Part shown: positions 1 to 9,618 of the stretch, in pieces | Layout: the number at the start of each line of letters is the position of its first letter | Position numbering within the stretch: the first letter of the stretch is position 1 | Assembly (NCBI GenBank): GCA_037190965.1 | Contig: JBBCKI010000015.1 | Coordinates: 1-64,000 of the forward strand | DNA: 64,000 nt | Direction: 5' to 3' | DNA from: Chthoniobacteraceae bacterium | GTDB lineage: Bacteria; Verrucomicrobiota; Verrucomicrobiia; Chthoniobacterales; Chthoniobacteraceae | Translations under genes and position numbers: made by a program | Notes under the pieces: model-generated | Databases searched by the model: none | Seen by the model: only the letters and a program-made list of their open reading frames with translations | Told to the model about the DNA's origin: nothing

Positions 1-1
1 C

Positions 2-2467
2 ACCAAGGGCAACGGGACCGCTTCGGTGAAGCTCAATGGCGGTACGCTAAAAGCGACCAAGGATAACAATAACTATTTTTCCAACTTCGCCTCTGGCGAT
101 GTGACGTTGGCTTCCGGCGGAGTCACGTTTGATACCAACGGCTATAACATCGGCGTCTCCACAGCACTTTCAGGCTCGGGCGGGCTCACCAAGTCAGGCC
201 TCGGCACGTTCACGCTCTCCGGCTCCAACAGCTACAGTGGTGGGACCACGGTTCGTAGCGGAACGCTCGCGGTGTACGGCTCCATCTCCCACAACACGAA
301 GGATACGGTGGTCGGCAGCATCAATGGCGACAACGGAACGCTAGACATCAAGAACGGCGGGGTGGTGAGCGCCTCTGGAGTTTCCATGGGCGTGAACGGC
401 GGCAGTGCTGGCAGCTTGGCTTTGAACAGCGGGGGGACGCTGATCACCGGCATGCTTACCAAGGGGGCTGGGACAGCGTCAGTGAAGTTCGATGGCGGCA
501 CGCTTCGGGCGAGCCAGAATAACAATGACTATTTTTCCAACCTTGCTTCGAGCGATGTCACGGTGGCTTCAGGCGGAGTCACGTTTGAGACCAACGGCTA
601 CAACATCGGCGTCTCCATCGCACTTTCAGGCTTGGGCGGGCTCACCAAGTCGGGCCTCGGCACGTTTACGCTTTCCGGAAGCAACAGCTACAGTGGCGGG
701 ACCACGGTTCGTAGCGGAACGCTCGCGGTAAACGGCTCCATCTCCCACGGCACGGCGGATACGGTGGTTGGCAGCGTCGATGGCGACAACGGAACGCTAG
801 TGATCAACGCCGGGGCGGCTGTCTCCAACAATGGTGGAATTTTGGGCTCCGGCAGCAAGTCAACCGGATCGGCGATTGTCAGTGGCACTTGGGTGAATAG
901 CGGTGGCTTGGATATCGGTCGCTTCGGCACGGGCACGCTAAATATCGAGCAAGGGGGGTATGTCTCCAATGTGTATGGTCTTCTGGGGGTTAATGCTGAT
1001 TCCAACGGCAGCGCGACAGCGAAGGGCACCTGGGAGAACGTGGTTTTGTTTGTTGGCCTCTCCGGCACGGGCACGCTAAATATCGAGAAAGGGGGCTACG
1101 TCTCCAACTACTATGGCTATTTGGGATCTAATGCCGGTTCCAATGGCAGCGCGACAGTGAGTGGCACTTGGGCGAATACCTTTGACTTGTATGTGGGTCA
1201 CTCCGGCACCGGCGCGCTAAATATCGAGAAAGGGGGGTATGTCTCCGATGCGGGGGCTGTTTTGGGGAATGATGCCGGTTCCAACGGCACCGCGACGGTG
1301 CGCGGCGTTTGGGCTCACACCGCTGGACTGCATGTGGGCTCCTCCGGCACAGGCACGCTCAACATTGAGCAGGGAGGGTATGTCTTCAATACCTTGGGTT
1401 ATTTGGGGGTTGATTTCGGCTCCAACGGTAGCGCAACAGTGAGTGGCACTTGGGCGAATTCCGATCGCTTGTATGTCGGTGAATACGGCACCGGTATGCT
1501 CAACGTCGAAGCCGGTGGGGTGGTGAGCACTCCTCGGGTTTCCATGGCCGTTAAGAACGGCAGTGTCGGTACATTGAATTTAAAAAGCGGAGGTATCCTG
1601 GTCACCGAAGGGTTTGAGAAAGGCTCCGGGACCGCATCGGTGAACCTCGATGGTGGCACACTAAGGGCGACCAGGGATAACAATAACTATCTTTCCAACT
1701 TTGCCCCGGGCGATGTCACATTGGCTTCCGGCGGAGTCATCTTTGATACCAACGGCTATGACATCGGCGTTGCCGCAGCGCTCTCAGGGTCGGGCCGCTT
1801 GACGAAGTCAGGCTCCGGCAATCTCACGCTCTCCGGCTCCAATGCCCATACAGGCGAAGTCTCGATTGATGCCGGCTTGTTGAAGGTCAACGGAAGCATG
1901 GACTCCTCCATGGTCACGGTGAATGGAGAAGGGACGCTTGGCGGAAACGGGAAGGTCAATGAGGTCACGCTCAACCAATACGGACTCATCTCGCCCGGCA
2001 ACAGCGCCGGCACCTTGCATACCGGCAGCCAGATCTGGAACGACGGTTCCGGCTACCTATGGGAGATCGACAGCCTGACGGATTCCACGCGCTGGGATCT
2101 GTTGGAGATTGATGGAACCCTGACGCTCAACCCGGGCGACAGTGGCATCTCCATTCTGATCTCCTCGCTGAATCTCGACACCGAATCAGGGTTGCCGTTC
2201 GGCTACGAGGAAAACACCACCTACCGCTTCACCATCGCGACCACGACAGGCGGGATCGTCGGCTTCGACGCGAATACCTTCGTCATTGATACCTACTCTT
2301 TCGGCAGTAACCTTGGAGATCTCGGGCATTTCACCGTTACCATGAGCCTTGACGGCCTGGGGCTCGACCTTGCCTACACGACCATTCCCGAACCGGGAAC
2401 GTGGAGCTTCGCAATGGGTGGCGGCTTGCTCGCCTTCGTTCTGTCCCGCCGCAAGCGAATGTCCTGA
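2..2467 (+). CDS. PEP-CTERM surface protein with autotransporter-associated beta-strand and T5SS/PEP-CTERM-type repeats (5' partial)
   Basis: Frame is open from the window start. Repeated GGLTKSGxGTxTLSGxNSYSGGTTVxxGTL and GxxGTGTLNIExGGYVS motifs. C-terminus TIPEPGTWSFAMGGGLLAFVLSRRKRMS (PEP, TM helix, basic tail). Confidence 0.92.
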   Translation, partial: TKGNGTASVKLNGGTLKATKDNNNYFSNFASGDVTLASGGVTFDTNGYNIGVSTALSGSGGLTKSGLGTFTLSGSNSYSGGTTVRSGTLAVYGSISHNTKDTVVGSINGDNGTLDIKNGGVVSASGVSMGVNGGSAGSLALNSGGTLITGMLTKGAGTASVKFDGGTLRASQNNNDYFSNLASSDVTVASGGVTFETNGYNIGVSIALSGLGGLTKSGLGTFTLSGSNSYSGGTTVRSGTLAVNGSISHGTADTVVGSVDGDNGTLVINAGAAVSNNGGILGSGSKSTGSAIVSGTWVNSGGLDIGRFGTGTLNIEQGGYVSNVYGLLGVNADSNGSATAKGTWENVVLFVGLSGTGTLNIEKGGYVSNYYGYLGSNAGSNGSATVSGTWANTFDLYVGHSGTGALNIEKGGYVSDAGAVLGNDAGSNGTATVRGVWAHTAGLHVGSSGTGTLNIEQGGYVFNTLGYLGVDFGSNGSATVSGTWANSDRLYVGEYGTGMLNVEAGGVVSTPRVSMAVKNGSVGTLNLKSGGILVTEGFEKGSGTASVNLDGGTLRATRDNNNYLSNFAPGDVTLASGGVIFDTNGYDIGVAAALSGSGRLTKSGSGNLTLSGSNAHTGEVSIDAGLLKVNGSMDSSMVTVNGEGTLGGNGKVNEVTLNQYGLISPGNSAGTLHTGSQIWNDGSGYLWEIDSLTDSTRWDLLEIDGTLTLNPGDSGISILISSLNLDTESGLPFGYEENTTYRFTIATTTGGIVGFDANTFVIDTYSFGSNLGDLGHFTVTMSLDGLGLDLAYTTIPEPGTWSFAMGGGLLAFVLSRRKRMS
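26..1500 (+). repeat. Intragenic repeats: 456-nt module duplicated (26/482, third partial copy near 1640) and five ~141-nt units (926-1500)
   Basis: caacagctacagtgg occurs at 226 and 682. ggcacNggc/t..gct units start at 926, 1064, 1205, 1346 and 1487. Confidence 0.85.
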
Positions 2468-3140
2468 TCTTGTGCTATTTGAACCTTGGTAAGCCCTTTC
2501 TCTTCCGTCAGACGTTTCTGCCATTCGGATAACGTGCAAATCGGATGCCGCAGAGCCCCACCTTTTATCCGTTTTCAGGCTCTGAGGCTCCTTTGCGGGG
2601 GATGCCTGATTTCCAAGTAAATTTGAACGGCGAGGCAACGAACGGGCTTGTATTGAGGCAAAGGCATCCCAAAAATGAGCCGAATCCCGAAGGGGGTTCG
2701 CAATTCACTCTCGCCCGCACCGCCACCAGGCTGAGCCTGGACCCCGTTCGCGCTGCCGCGCGGGGGCTCTTCCCCAAAGAATGGGGACATACGCGGGTTT
2801 AACTGGTTGGTTTCCAGTAGGTTAAGGCTGTTTAAGTTTCCAGCGCAGTGAGCGACGACTTGGAGCCTGTTGTCGAAATTCCTAAAGCCATAGGCTCTTC
2901 TTTGGGTCGCTAACGGGCCCAAGGTTCGCATTTCACGCGAGCCCGCACCGCCACTTGCTCCTGCCGCCCTCCACTCCAGCGCCGTCGTCCGGAGAATTCC
3001 CACAAAAAACCACCCGAAAATCACGCTCACTCGCTTCGTAGGCCGTATTCTGGCCGCCTCCGGCGAGCAGCATCGCGTGTTCCAGCCTCAGCGGCTCCGA
3101 CATCCTTGATGCCTCCTACTGCCAACGAGAGATGTGTGAC

Positions 3141-4094
3141 TCATGGTAGGTCCGATGTTGGTTGTTTATGGACGGATTTCTGGGAAGCCGTCGCCTTGAT
3201 CATGACCAGTTCTCCAAGGCAGGCCGTCAGGGTGAGGTCAACCGGCGGCTCTCCGAATGCAGCGACTTTGGCGAGTTCAAGATTCATGAAGCTCATCTCG
3301 GTGGGGCGTCCAGCCCTCACATCCTGAAGGGTCGAAATCAACTGCGAGGAACTGCGGCTGATCATCTGGATGTCGTCCAGGATCTCCCGACTGTCCAGCT
3401 CCACGCCCCGGGCTTGCGCGAGGCCGACGCATTCCCGCACCACACCCTCCGCAAGGCCCATCGCCGTCGGACTTTCCGCAAACAGCCGGTTGTTCCGTTC
3501 CGTGACGGTGCAGATCGAATTGAACACCGCGTTGATGATCGTCTTCCTCCACACCCATCGCCCGATCTCCGCCTCTCCCACAAATGGTATTTCCGGAACG
3601 TGAAGTATCTCCAATGCCCGGGCGAGGAGATCGGGCGGACCGGCCACGAGCCCCAAGGGCGACGGACGTGGCGCGCGCAGGGTGAAATCACGGTCTGCGT
3701 TTCGCTGGCTGGTGATATACAACACACCGCGAATCAGTTGCCGAAATCCTGCTTCAACGAAAGGCCGTTCAACTCCAATTCCGTTTTGCAACAGCACGAT
3801 CGGCCCCGTGAATGACCTGCTCGCAAGCTCGTTCGCAATGGCCGCATTGGCATGCGCTTTGGCTGCGACCACCACCCACCCCTCCGGTTTCCCGCTTTCC
3901 GCGAATGCCCGCTCCTCAATAACCACCGCCAGAGAGCTGGAATCACCGCGCACCACGAACGTTTCATGACGCGAACCGCTCCCGTCACCGTTCGACCGGA
4001 GCAACACCACCGATCTTCCCGCTTTCGTCAGAAACGCAGCTAACGGTGCGCCGACGGCACCACCGCCTAGGATATTGATGGCACCTTGCTTCAT
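3141..4094 (-). CDS. panE: Ketopantoate reductase family protein
   Basis: ILGGGAVG Rossmann motif, AAKAH, LLQNGIG, WRKTIINAVFN, STLQDVRAGRPTE. Start set at ATG of MKQGAINIL. Confidence 0.85.
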   Translation of the reverse strand: MKQGAINILGGGAVGAPLAAFLTKAGRSVVLLRSNGDGSGSRHETFVVRGDSSSLAVVIEERAFAESGKPEGWVVVAAKAHANAAIANELASRSFTGPIVLLQNGIGVERPFVEAGFRQLIRGVLYITSQRNADRDFTLRAPRPSPLGLVAGPPDLLARALEILHVPEIPFVGEAEIGRWVWRKTIINAVFNSICTVTERNNRLFAESPTAMGLAEGVVRECVGLAQARGVELDSREILDDIQMISRSSSQLISTLQDVRAGRPTEMSFMNLELAKVAAFGEPPVDLTLTACLGELVMIKATASQKSVHKQPTSDLP

Positions 4095-4153
4095 GGAAGC
4101 TTGCTGGGTTTCCGGAACGCATGGCCCCCTACGATGGAATTTTGCCTGATTCA

Positions 4154-4912
4154 TCACTTTCCTCCAGCCATGTCGATCAGTGCACCAGTCACGTAGGAAG
4201 CCTCTTCCGAAAGCAACCACCCGATGGCCGCAGCCACTTCTTCAGGGTTTCCTCCTCGTCCCATAGGTATGATGGCCTTCAGGCGGTTGATTCGATCAGG
4301 TTCACCTCCGAGTGCGTGAATTCGGGTATGAATGAACGCCGGTCTAACGCCGTTGACGCGGATTCCTTCTGCGGCGACCTCCGCGGCCAAACCAATGGTC
4401 AAGGTGTCCATTGCCCCTTTTGAAGCGGCATAATCGACATATTCTCCTGCGGCTCCCATTCTGGACGCAGCGGATGAAACGTTCACTATGGATCCGCCCT
4501 GCCCCCCGCGTTTTAGTGACATCCGCAATACCGCTTCCCTGCAGCAAAGAAACGGGCCGATCACGTTGGTGGAAAGGACGCGGAGAAGGCGGGCAGAAGT
4601 AATGTCCTCCACCCTGCATTGTTTCTCCAAAATTCCGGCATTGTTAACCAATCCGTCGAGTCTCCCCCATTGCCGATCGATCTCTTCGAAAAGCCCGGTC
4701 ACGTCCGCTTCCAATGAAATGTCTCCCCGAACGATCAGGATCTCGCCCCCGGCACCATGAATCTCTTCTGCGAGCTCCGCAGCCTCGTCCCGGCTGCTTC
4801 GATAGTTGATGCAGACAGCCCATCCTGCCCGGGAAGCAAGTCGGGCAGTCTCCGCCCCGATTCCCGTAGCTCCACCCGTAACCAGTAGAACGCGTTTTTT
4901 CATCCCTCGCAT
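4154..4912 (-). CDS. SDR family oxidoreductase
   Basis: TGGATGIG, NNAG, YAASK catalytic motif, IRVNGVRP. Confidence 0.93.
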   Translation of the reverse strand: MRGMKKRVLLVTGGATGIGAETARLASRAGWAVCINYRSSRDEAAELAEEIHGAGGEILIVRGDISLEADVTGLFEEIDRQWGRLDGLVNNAGILEKQCRVEDITSARLLRVLSTNVIGPFLCCREAVLRMSLKRGGQGGSIVNVSSAASRMGAAGEYVDYAASKGAMDTLTIGLAAEVAAEGIRVNGVRPAFIHTRIHALGGEPDRINRLKAIIPMGRGGNPEEVAAAIGWLLSEEASYVTGALIDMAGGK

Positions 4913-5039
4913 TCAATCAGATTCCGCCCTGTGCATCCCATCGTTCTATTGGATAGTCTCGTTCAGAAAATGCGATTGGGAAAAATGGCTGCTCTCCGAT
5001 ATTCTCCCGATACCGCTTCGCAACTTAATGCCACCTCCC

Positions 5040-5981
5040 ATGGAACTCTATCAGCTCAGAACATTCCTCGCCGTCGCCGAAGAAGGCAACCTGACCCGGG
5101 CTTCCGAAAAGCTATTCACAAGCCAACCGGCTGTGAGCGCCCAGGTAAAGCTTTTGGAGGACGAACTCGGAGTGAAACTGTTCGAACGCAGTTCCCGAGG
5201 CATGGCGCTAACCCGGGAGGGCAAGCTTCTACAGGATAAGGCGAAACGGATCGTCGACGCGGCACGCGATTTCAAGCACAGCGCGGAAAACCTGCGGGAC
5301 GCGGTCGCGGGCGAACTAGTGATCGGCCTGAATAACCGGCCCGAAGTCGTGCGTATCGTCGAGGTGCTTGGTGGATTGACGGCAAGTTATCCCGATCTCA
5401 GCTACGATCTGATCAATGGCAGCAGTGGCGCGATTCTCCAAGGCATTAACGATGGCACGCTTTCCATCGGTTTCTTCGAGGGCTCCTGTGAGCATCCTCG
5501 GATCAAGTGGCACGTGCTTGAGCCAGTGGAACTGTGCATCGCCGCCCCCGCCGCATGGGCTGCGGAGATGATGACTCCGGATTGGAAGATCTTGGAATCC
5601 AAGCCCTGGGTTTTCGTATCGAAGGCCTGCTCTTATTTCCGGGCTATCGAAACCATTTGCGCCGAGCAGAGCCTCACGCTCAATCGTCGCTATCGGGTCA
5701 ACGAAGACCTGACGGTTCTCCACCTGGTGGCCGAAGGCATGGGGCTTACCCTGACCGCCCGGGAGCACATTGAGTCGCTCAATTTCGGCGGAAAAATCGT
5801 CGTGCTTCCCCATTTCCGAACCTCTCTGAACCTTTGCTTCGGCTACCTGGAAGAGAACGAAAGCAATCCGGCGATTGCAGCTGTCCGCGACGTCATTTTG
5901 AGTGTGTGGGCCAAAGGCAAGCGGAACGTAGCCAACCTGTCGACAAGCTCGAGAAGGTCCTTGTCTCGGACACGCAGATGA
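5040..5981 (+). CDS. LysR family transcriptional regulator, divergent from SDR-panE
   Basis: MELYQLRTFLAVAEEGNLTRASEKLFTSQPAVSAQVKLLEDELGVKLFER HTH. T-N11-A-like ATC-N9-GAT at 4940-4954 upstream. Confidence 0.95.
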   Translation: MELYQLRTFLAVAEEGNLTRASEKLFTSQPAVSAQVKLLEDELGVKLFERSSRGMALTREGKLLQDKAKRIVDAARDFKHSAENLRDAVAGELVIGLNNRPEVVRIVEVLGGLTASYPDLSYDLINGSSGAILQGINDGTLSIGFFEGSCEHPRIKWHVLEPVELCIAAPAAWAAEMMTPDWKILESKPWVFVSKACSYFRAIETICAEQSLTLNRRYRVNEDLTVLHLVAEGMGLTLTAREHIESLNFGGKIVVLPHFRTSLNLCFGYLEENESNPAIAAVRDVILSVWAKGKRNVANLSTSSRRSLSRTRR

Positions 5982-6289
5982 ACGGGAGCCAAGGCACGAA
6001 GGATCGCCACCTGCGGATAATACCCGTTCCGCCCGAAGTGTGCATTGGCGATCCGGGTGTCATCTCGCTGGACCGTCGTTGCGTGAAATCTCTCGATCTG
6101 CTTCCGGGCGAATGCTGCCGCCTCGTCGCCCGCACCGGCATCGGGTGGGTTACTATGGCGGGCGACCCTATTGATCATGTGCTGGTTCCGTCTGCCATTC
6201 TCCAGTTCATCGGCCCCGGACGGATGGTGATCGAAGCCGCAGGTGAAGATAATCTTCAGTTCGAGATCGAAATCGGTGCAGCGCAATGA
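5978..6289 (+). CDS. DUF2917-like small cupin-type protein
   Basis: ATG overlaps the LysR stop (ATGA). Motif GIGWVTMAGDPIDHVL...GRMVIEA matches my recollection of the DUF2917 pattern. Confidence 0.65.
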   Translation: MNGSQGTKDRHLRIIPVPPEVCIGDPGVISLDRRCVKSLDLLPGECCRLVARTGIGWVTMAGDPIDHVLVPSAILQFIGPGRMVIEAAGEDNLQFEIEIGAAQ

Positions 6290-6829
6290 CTTATCTCATG
6301 AACGCGTTTGAGATGAATCCCCAATCATCCTTACTGATAAAAAACAAGAGTTTAGGGATTCGCGGATTTTGTCGCCTCACGTTCTTCAGAGCCGAATAAA
6401 CAAGCCGCAAAGATAATCCTTCGAATTTGCATAAAGTCTTCGTCACCAGACTGAACCTGAACCCGGGTTCGCGCTAACGCGCGGGTCGCCGCGTGAGTCC
6501 CTTCGCATTTCGCGCTCACTCGCCCCGCCACTTGCTCCCGAATGGGAGCATTTCCAGTTCGACACGACGTACTTCTTCGCAGCGTCGATCGTCCTGGCGG
6601 AAGGGTTCCGATCGCCATTCAATCCGGCCTCACTCCCGTCGGCGGCGGCCACCCCGCGGGTTGGCTGTATTTTACTACCCCTCGGAAGGGCAAACATTCT
6701 TAACGAAGCCGTGACACTGGCTGGAGTCCACTGGCCGGGGTCCAAGTCACACGGAACAAGAGAAAATACGATTGATCTTAAAGTGAAAGACAACATACTT
6801 CCTTCCACGCAATTTATGATGGGCCGGAT

Positions 6830-7576
6830 ATGAGCAGAAGATTATTGGCACCATTGGGCACGTTCTTCTTTCTTTGCCTCCCTATTGTAACGCAGGCCCA
6901 ATCATCTTCGCGCGTGGAGGGTGCTTCGCGTGTAAAGGGAGCTTCACGCGTTGAGGGGTCTTCGGGGCTGAGGAGCAGTTCCCGGACTGCCTGGACCGTG
7001 GAGAGAACTGTAACGACGTCGCGTTATGGAAGAGGATATCGCACATCAAACAGTGTGCTCGGGAATCCGACTTCGGCTGGAGCAGAACACTCGTCAGGAA
7101 AGGTGGTGAGAACATCTCAGACTCCGGTTGGAGGTTATCGAACATCGAACGAGGCGTCCTTATCGCAAAGTTCGAGCAGGGGGGATAGCTCCTCGAATGA
7201 CGCGATACTGACGATTCTGTTTTTGCGCGAAGGCTCCCGCTCATCGACCGGTGAAACCTTTACCCCGACTTACGGCGGCGGATATCGCTCGTCGAGCGGT
7301 GAAATCTTTACCCCGACCTATGGCGGCGGATATCGCTCATCGACCGGTGAAATCTTTACCCCGACTTATGGCGGCGGATATCGTTCCTCGACCGGTGAAA
7401 TCTTTACCCCAACCTATGGCGGCGGATATCGCTCGTCGACCGGTGCAATCTTCACGCCAACTTATGGCGGCGGATATCGCTCGTCGACCGGTGAAATCCT
7501 TACGCCGACTTATGGCGGCGGGTATCGCTCGTCGGGAAGCATGACAACGACTCCGAAGTCCAATACGGGGAATTAA
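6830..7576 (+). CDS. Secreted Ser/Gly/Tyr-rich tandem-repeat protein
   Basis: Signal peptide ending TQA. Six RSSTGEIFTPTYGGGY repeats. Confidence 0.75.
   Translation: MSRRLLAPLGTFFFLCLPIVTQAQSSSRVEGASRVKGASRVEGSSGLRSSSRTAWTVERTVTTSRYGRGYRTSNSVLGNPTSAGAEHSSGKVVRTSQTPVGGYRTSNEASLSQSSSRGDSSSNDAILTILFLREGSRSSTGETFTPTYGGGYRSSSGEIFTPTYGGGYRSSTGEIFTPTYGGGYRSSTGEIFTPTYGGGYRSSTGAIFTPTYGGGYRSSTGEILTPTYGGGYRSSGSMTTTPKSNTGN
7238..7534 (+). repeat. 48-bp tandem repeat, 6 full units plus a partial one, in frame
   Basis: Units start at 7238, 7286, 7334, 7382, 7430 and 7478. Variation is mostly at synonymous positions. Confidence 0.95.
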
Positions 7577-7718
7577 TGGACGTGCCCTCGATGAGGGCGA
7601 TCCACCGGTGCTGTCGCACCTTTCAGCAAAGATGCGCTTCTTTCCTGTCTCCGCTGTCCGGGTTTCTTCCTTTGAATTTGAATGACAGGCCAGGGCAGTT
7701 CTCTGTATTCTGGAGACG

Positions 7719-9131
7719 ATGCCGTCCGCTGCTTTATCATCGGGCTGCCGCTCATTTTTTAACCGGCAAAGGATTTTGCCAGGGTTCGTCCTGGGGTTCG
7801 TCGGGGCGGCGGGAATTGCTTTCCTTGGAGGAATGGCGATCCGGAGCGCTGTGTCTCTCGCGGCCGTTCTCCTGATCCTTGCTGCCGTGGTGGCTTCCAT
7901 GGCTGCCCTCGTCTGGTTGCTCCTTCACGCCCGCCGCAGCCGGGCAGCCCGGGAGATGGCGGAAAAAGCCGCTGCCCAAGAGCGAAATCTTCTCTGGAAC
8001 CTGATCGAAGCCATTCCTGATCAGATCAGCGTCAAAGACCTGGAGGGGCGATTTGTCATCAACAATCAAGCATCACGAAAATTCCTTGAGGTGAGCAAAT
8101 CGACAGGAATGGAAGGCAAAACCGTCTATGACTTTTTCAATCCTGAGATGGCCAACCGCTTTTACGAAGAGGACCGCCAAGTTTTGGAGTCGCAGGAGCC
8201 GATTCTCGCCCAAGAGGAACCAGCTCTGACATCCGAGGGAAAACTGGCCTGGTTTTCCACCACCAAGCTCCCCTTGAAGAACCTCGATGGCGAGCTTTGT
8301 GGGCTGATTTGTATTCACACGGACATTACGGCGCGGAAAGCCGCCGAGGAGAAGCTGAGGGTATTCGGCACTCAACTGGAACAAAGCAACATGGAGCTCC
8401 GCGACTTTGCAGGCGTCGCCTCCCACGATCTTCAGGAACCGCTAAGAAAAATCCAGGCGTTCGCGGACCGCCTCCGCGTCAAACACGGTCAGGCGCTGGG
8501 ACCGGAGGGACTTGACCCTCTGGAGCGGATCCAGAACGCAGCCAACCGGATGCAGACACTCATTCAGGACCTCCTGGTGCTTTCACGAATCTCCAGTAAG
8601 GAGGTTCATTTCCAGCCGGTGGATCTCGCGCAGATCATCGGGGAGGTGCAGTCGGACCTCGAATTCCGCATCAGCCAGACCGGGGCGAAGATCGAGGTCG
8701 GAGCTCTCCCGACCATCAACGCCGACCCGTTTCAAATGCGACAGATGTTTCAGAACCTTCTGAGCAACGCGCTCAAATTCCAGAAGCCAGGCCAACGTCC
8801 TGAAGTGATCATTCAGGGCAAATTGCTGCGCGTGCAGGATTATCAACTCCCCGGGGCCGGCCCCGGGGACGAGGTGGCCCGGATCATGGTCACAGACAAC
8901 GGAATCGGCTTCCCCGAACAATATGTGGAGCAGATTTTCACCCTTTTTGCCCGTTTACACAGTCGGGAGGAGTTCGAAGGCACCGGGATGGGGTTGGCGG
9001 TCTGCCGAAAAATTGCACAACGTCACGGCGGCAGTATTGTAGCAAAAAGCACTCACGGAGAGGGAGCGACTTTTATCATCATGCTGCCGGTAAAACAGAA
9101 GATTCACTCCATCGACGAAGGCGGGGGCTAA
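7719..9131 (+). CDS. Membrane-anchored PAS-domain sensor histidine kinase (start uncertain)
   Basis: TM segments, PAS/PAC (ISVKDLEGRF...GLICIHTDITARK), H-box SHDLQEPLRKI, N-box QNLLSNALKF, DNGIG, GTGMGL. Confidence 0.92.
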   Translation: MPSAALSSGCRSFFNRQRILPGFVLGFVGAAGIAFLGGMAIRSAVSLAAVLLILAAVVASMAALVWLLLHARRSRAAREMAEKAAAQERNLLWNLIEAIPDQISVKDLEGRFVINNQASRKFLEVSKSTGMEGKTVYDFFNPEMANRFYEEDRQVLESQEPILAQEEPALTSEGKLAWFSTTKLPLKNLDGELCGLICIHTDITARKAAEEKLRVFGTQLEQSNMELRDFAGVASHDLQEPLRKIQAFADRLRVKHGQALGPEGLDPLERIQNAANRMQTLIQDLLVLSRISSKEVHFQPVDLAQIIGEVQSDLEFRISQTGAKIEVGALPTINADPFQMRQMFQNLLSNALKFQKPGQRPEVIIQGKLLRVQDYQLPGAGPGDEVARIMVTDNGIGFPEQYVEQIFTLFARLHSREEFEGTGMGLAVCRKIAQRHGGSIVAKSTHGEGATFIIMLPVKQKIHSIDEGGG

Positions 9132-9139
9132 CCGAGACC

Positions 9140-9607
9140 ATGACAATGACTACGAACAAGAAGGGCAAGCCGATCACCATTTTGATGGCCGACGACGACG
9201 GAGACGACCGCAGGCTGACCCGCGAAGCGCTGCTCGAAGGCAAAGTGGCCAACGACCTCCGCTTCGTCGAGAACGGCGAGGAACTGCTCGAGTACCTGCG
9301 ACACCAAGGGAAGTACGCCCCGCCCACCGAAGCCCCCAGACCGGGGCTGATCCTGCTCGACCTCAACATGCCCCGCAAGGATGGGCGCACGGTGCTCAAG
9401 GAGATCAAAAGCGACCCCGAGTTGCGGCAAATCCCCGTGGTTGTCCTAACGACCTCCAAGGCCGACGAGGATGTCTTCAAGTCATACGATCTGGGGGTAA
9501 ACTCCTACATCGTCAAACCGGTCACCTTCGAAGCGCTGGTGGATATCCTCCAGACGCTCGAAAAATACTGGTTCGAAATCGTCGAACTGCCACCGGAGCA
9601 CCGATAG
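9140..9607 (+). CDS. Single-domain response regulator (Rcp1/CheY-like)
   Basis: ILMADDD, LLDLNMP, VVLTTS, YIVKP, C-terminal YWFEIVELP. Confidence 0.93.
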   Translation: MTMTTNKKGKPITILMADDDGDDRRLTREALLEGKVANDLRFVENGEELLEYLRHQGKYAPPTEAPRPGLILLDLNMPRKDGRTVLKEIKSDPELRQIPVVVLTTSKADEDVFKSYDLGVNSYIVKPVTFEALVDILQTLEKYWFEIVELPPEHR

Positions 9608-9618
9608 AGCAACCGGGC

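Noticed and set aside
7238..7534. 48-bp periodic array as a CRISPR array
   Set aside because: There are no unique spacers, the units are contiguous and in frame with synonymous variation, and there are no cas genes.
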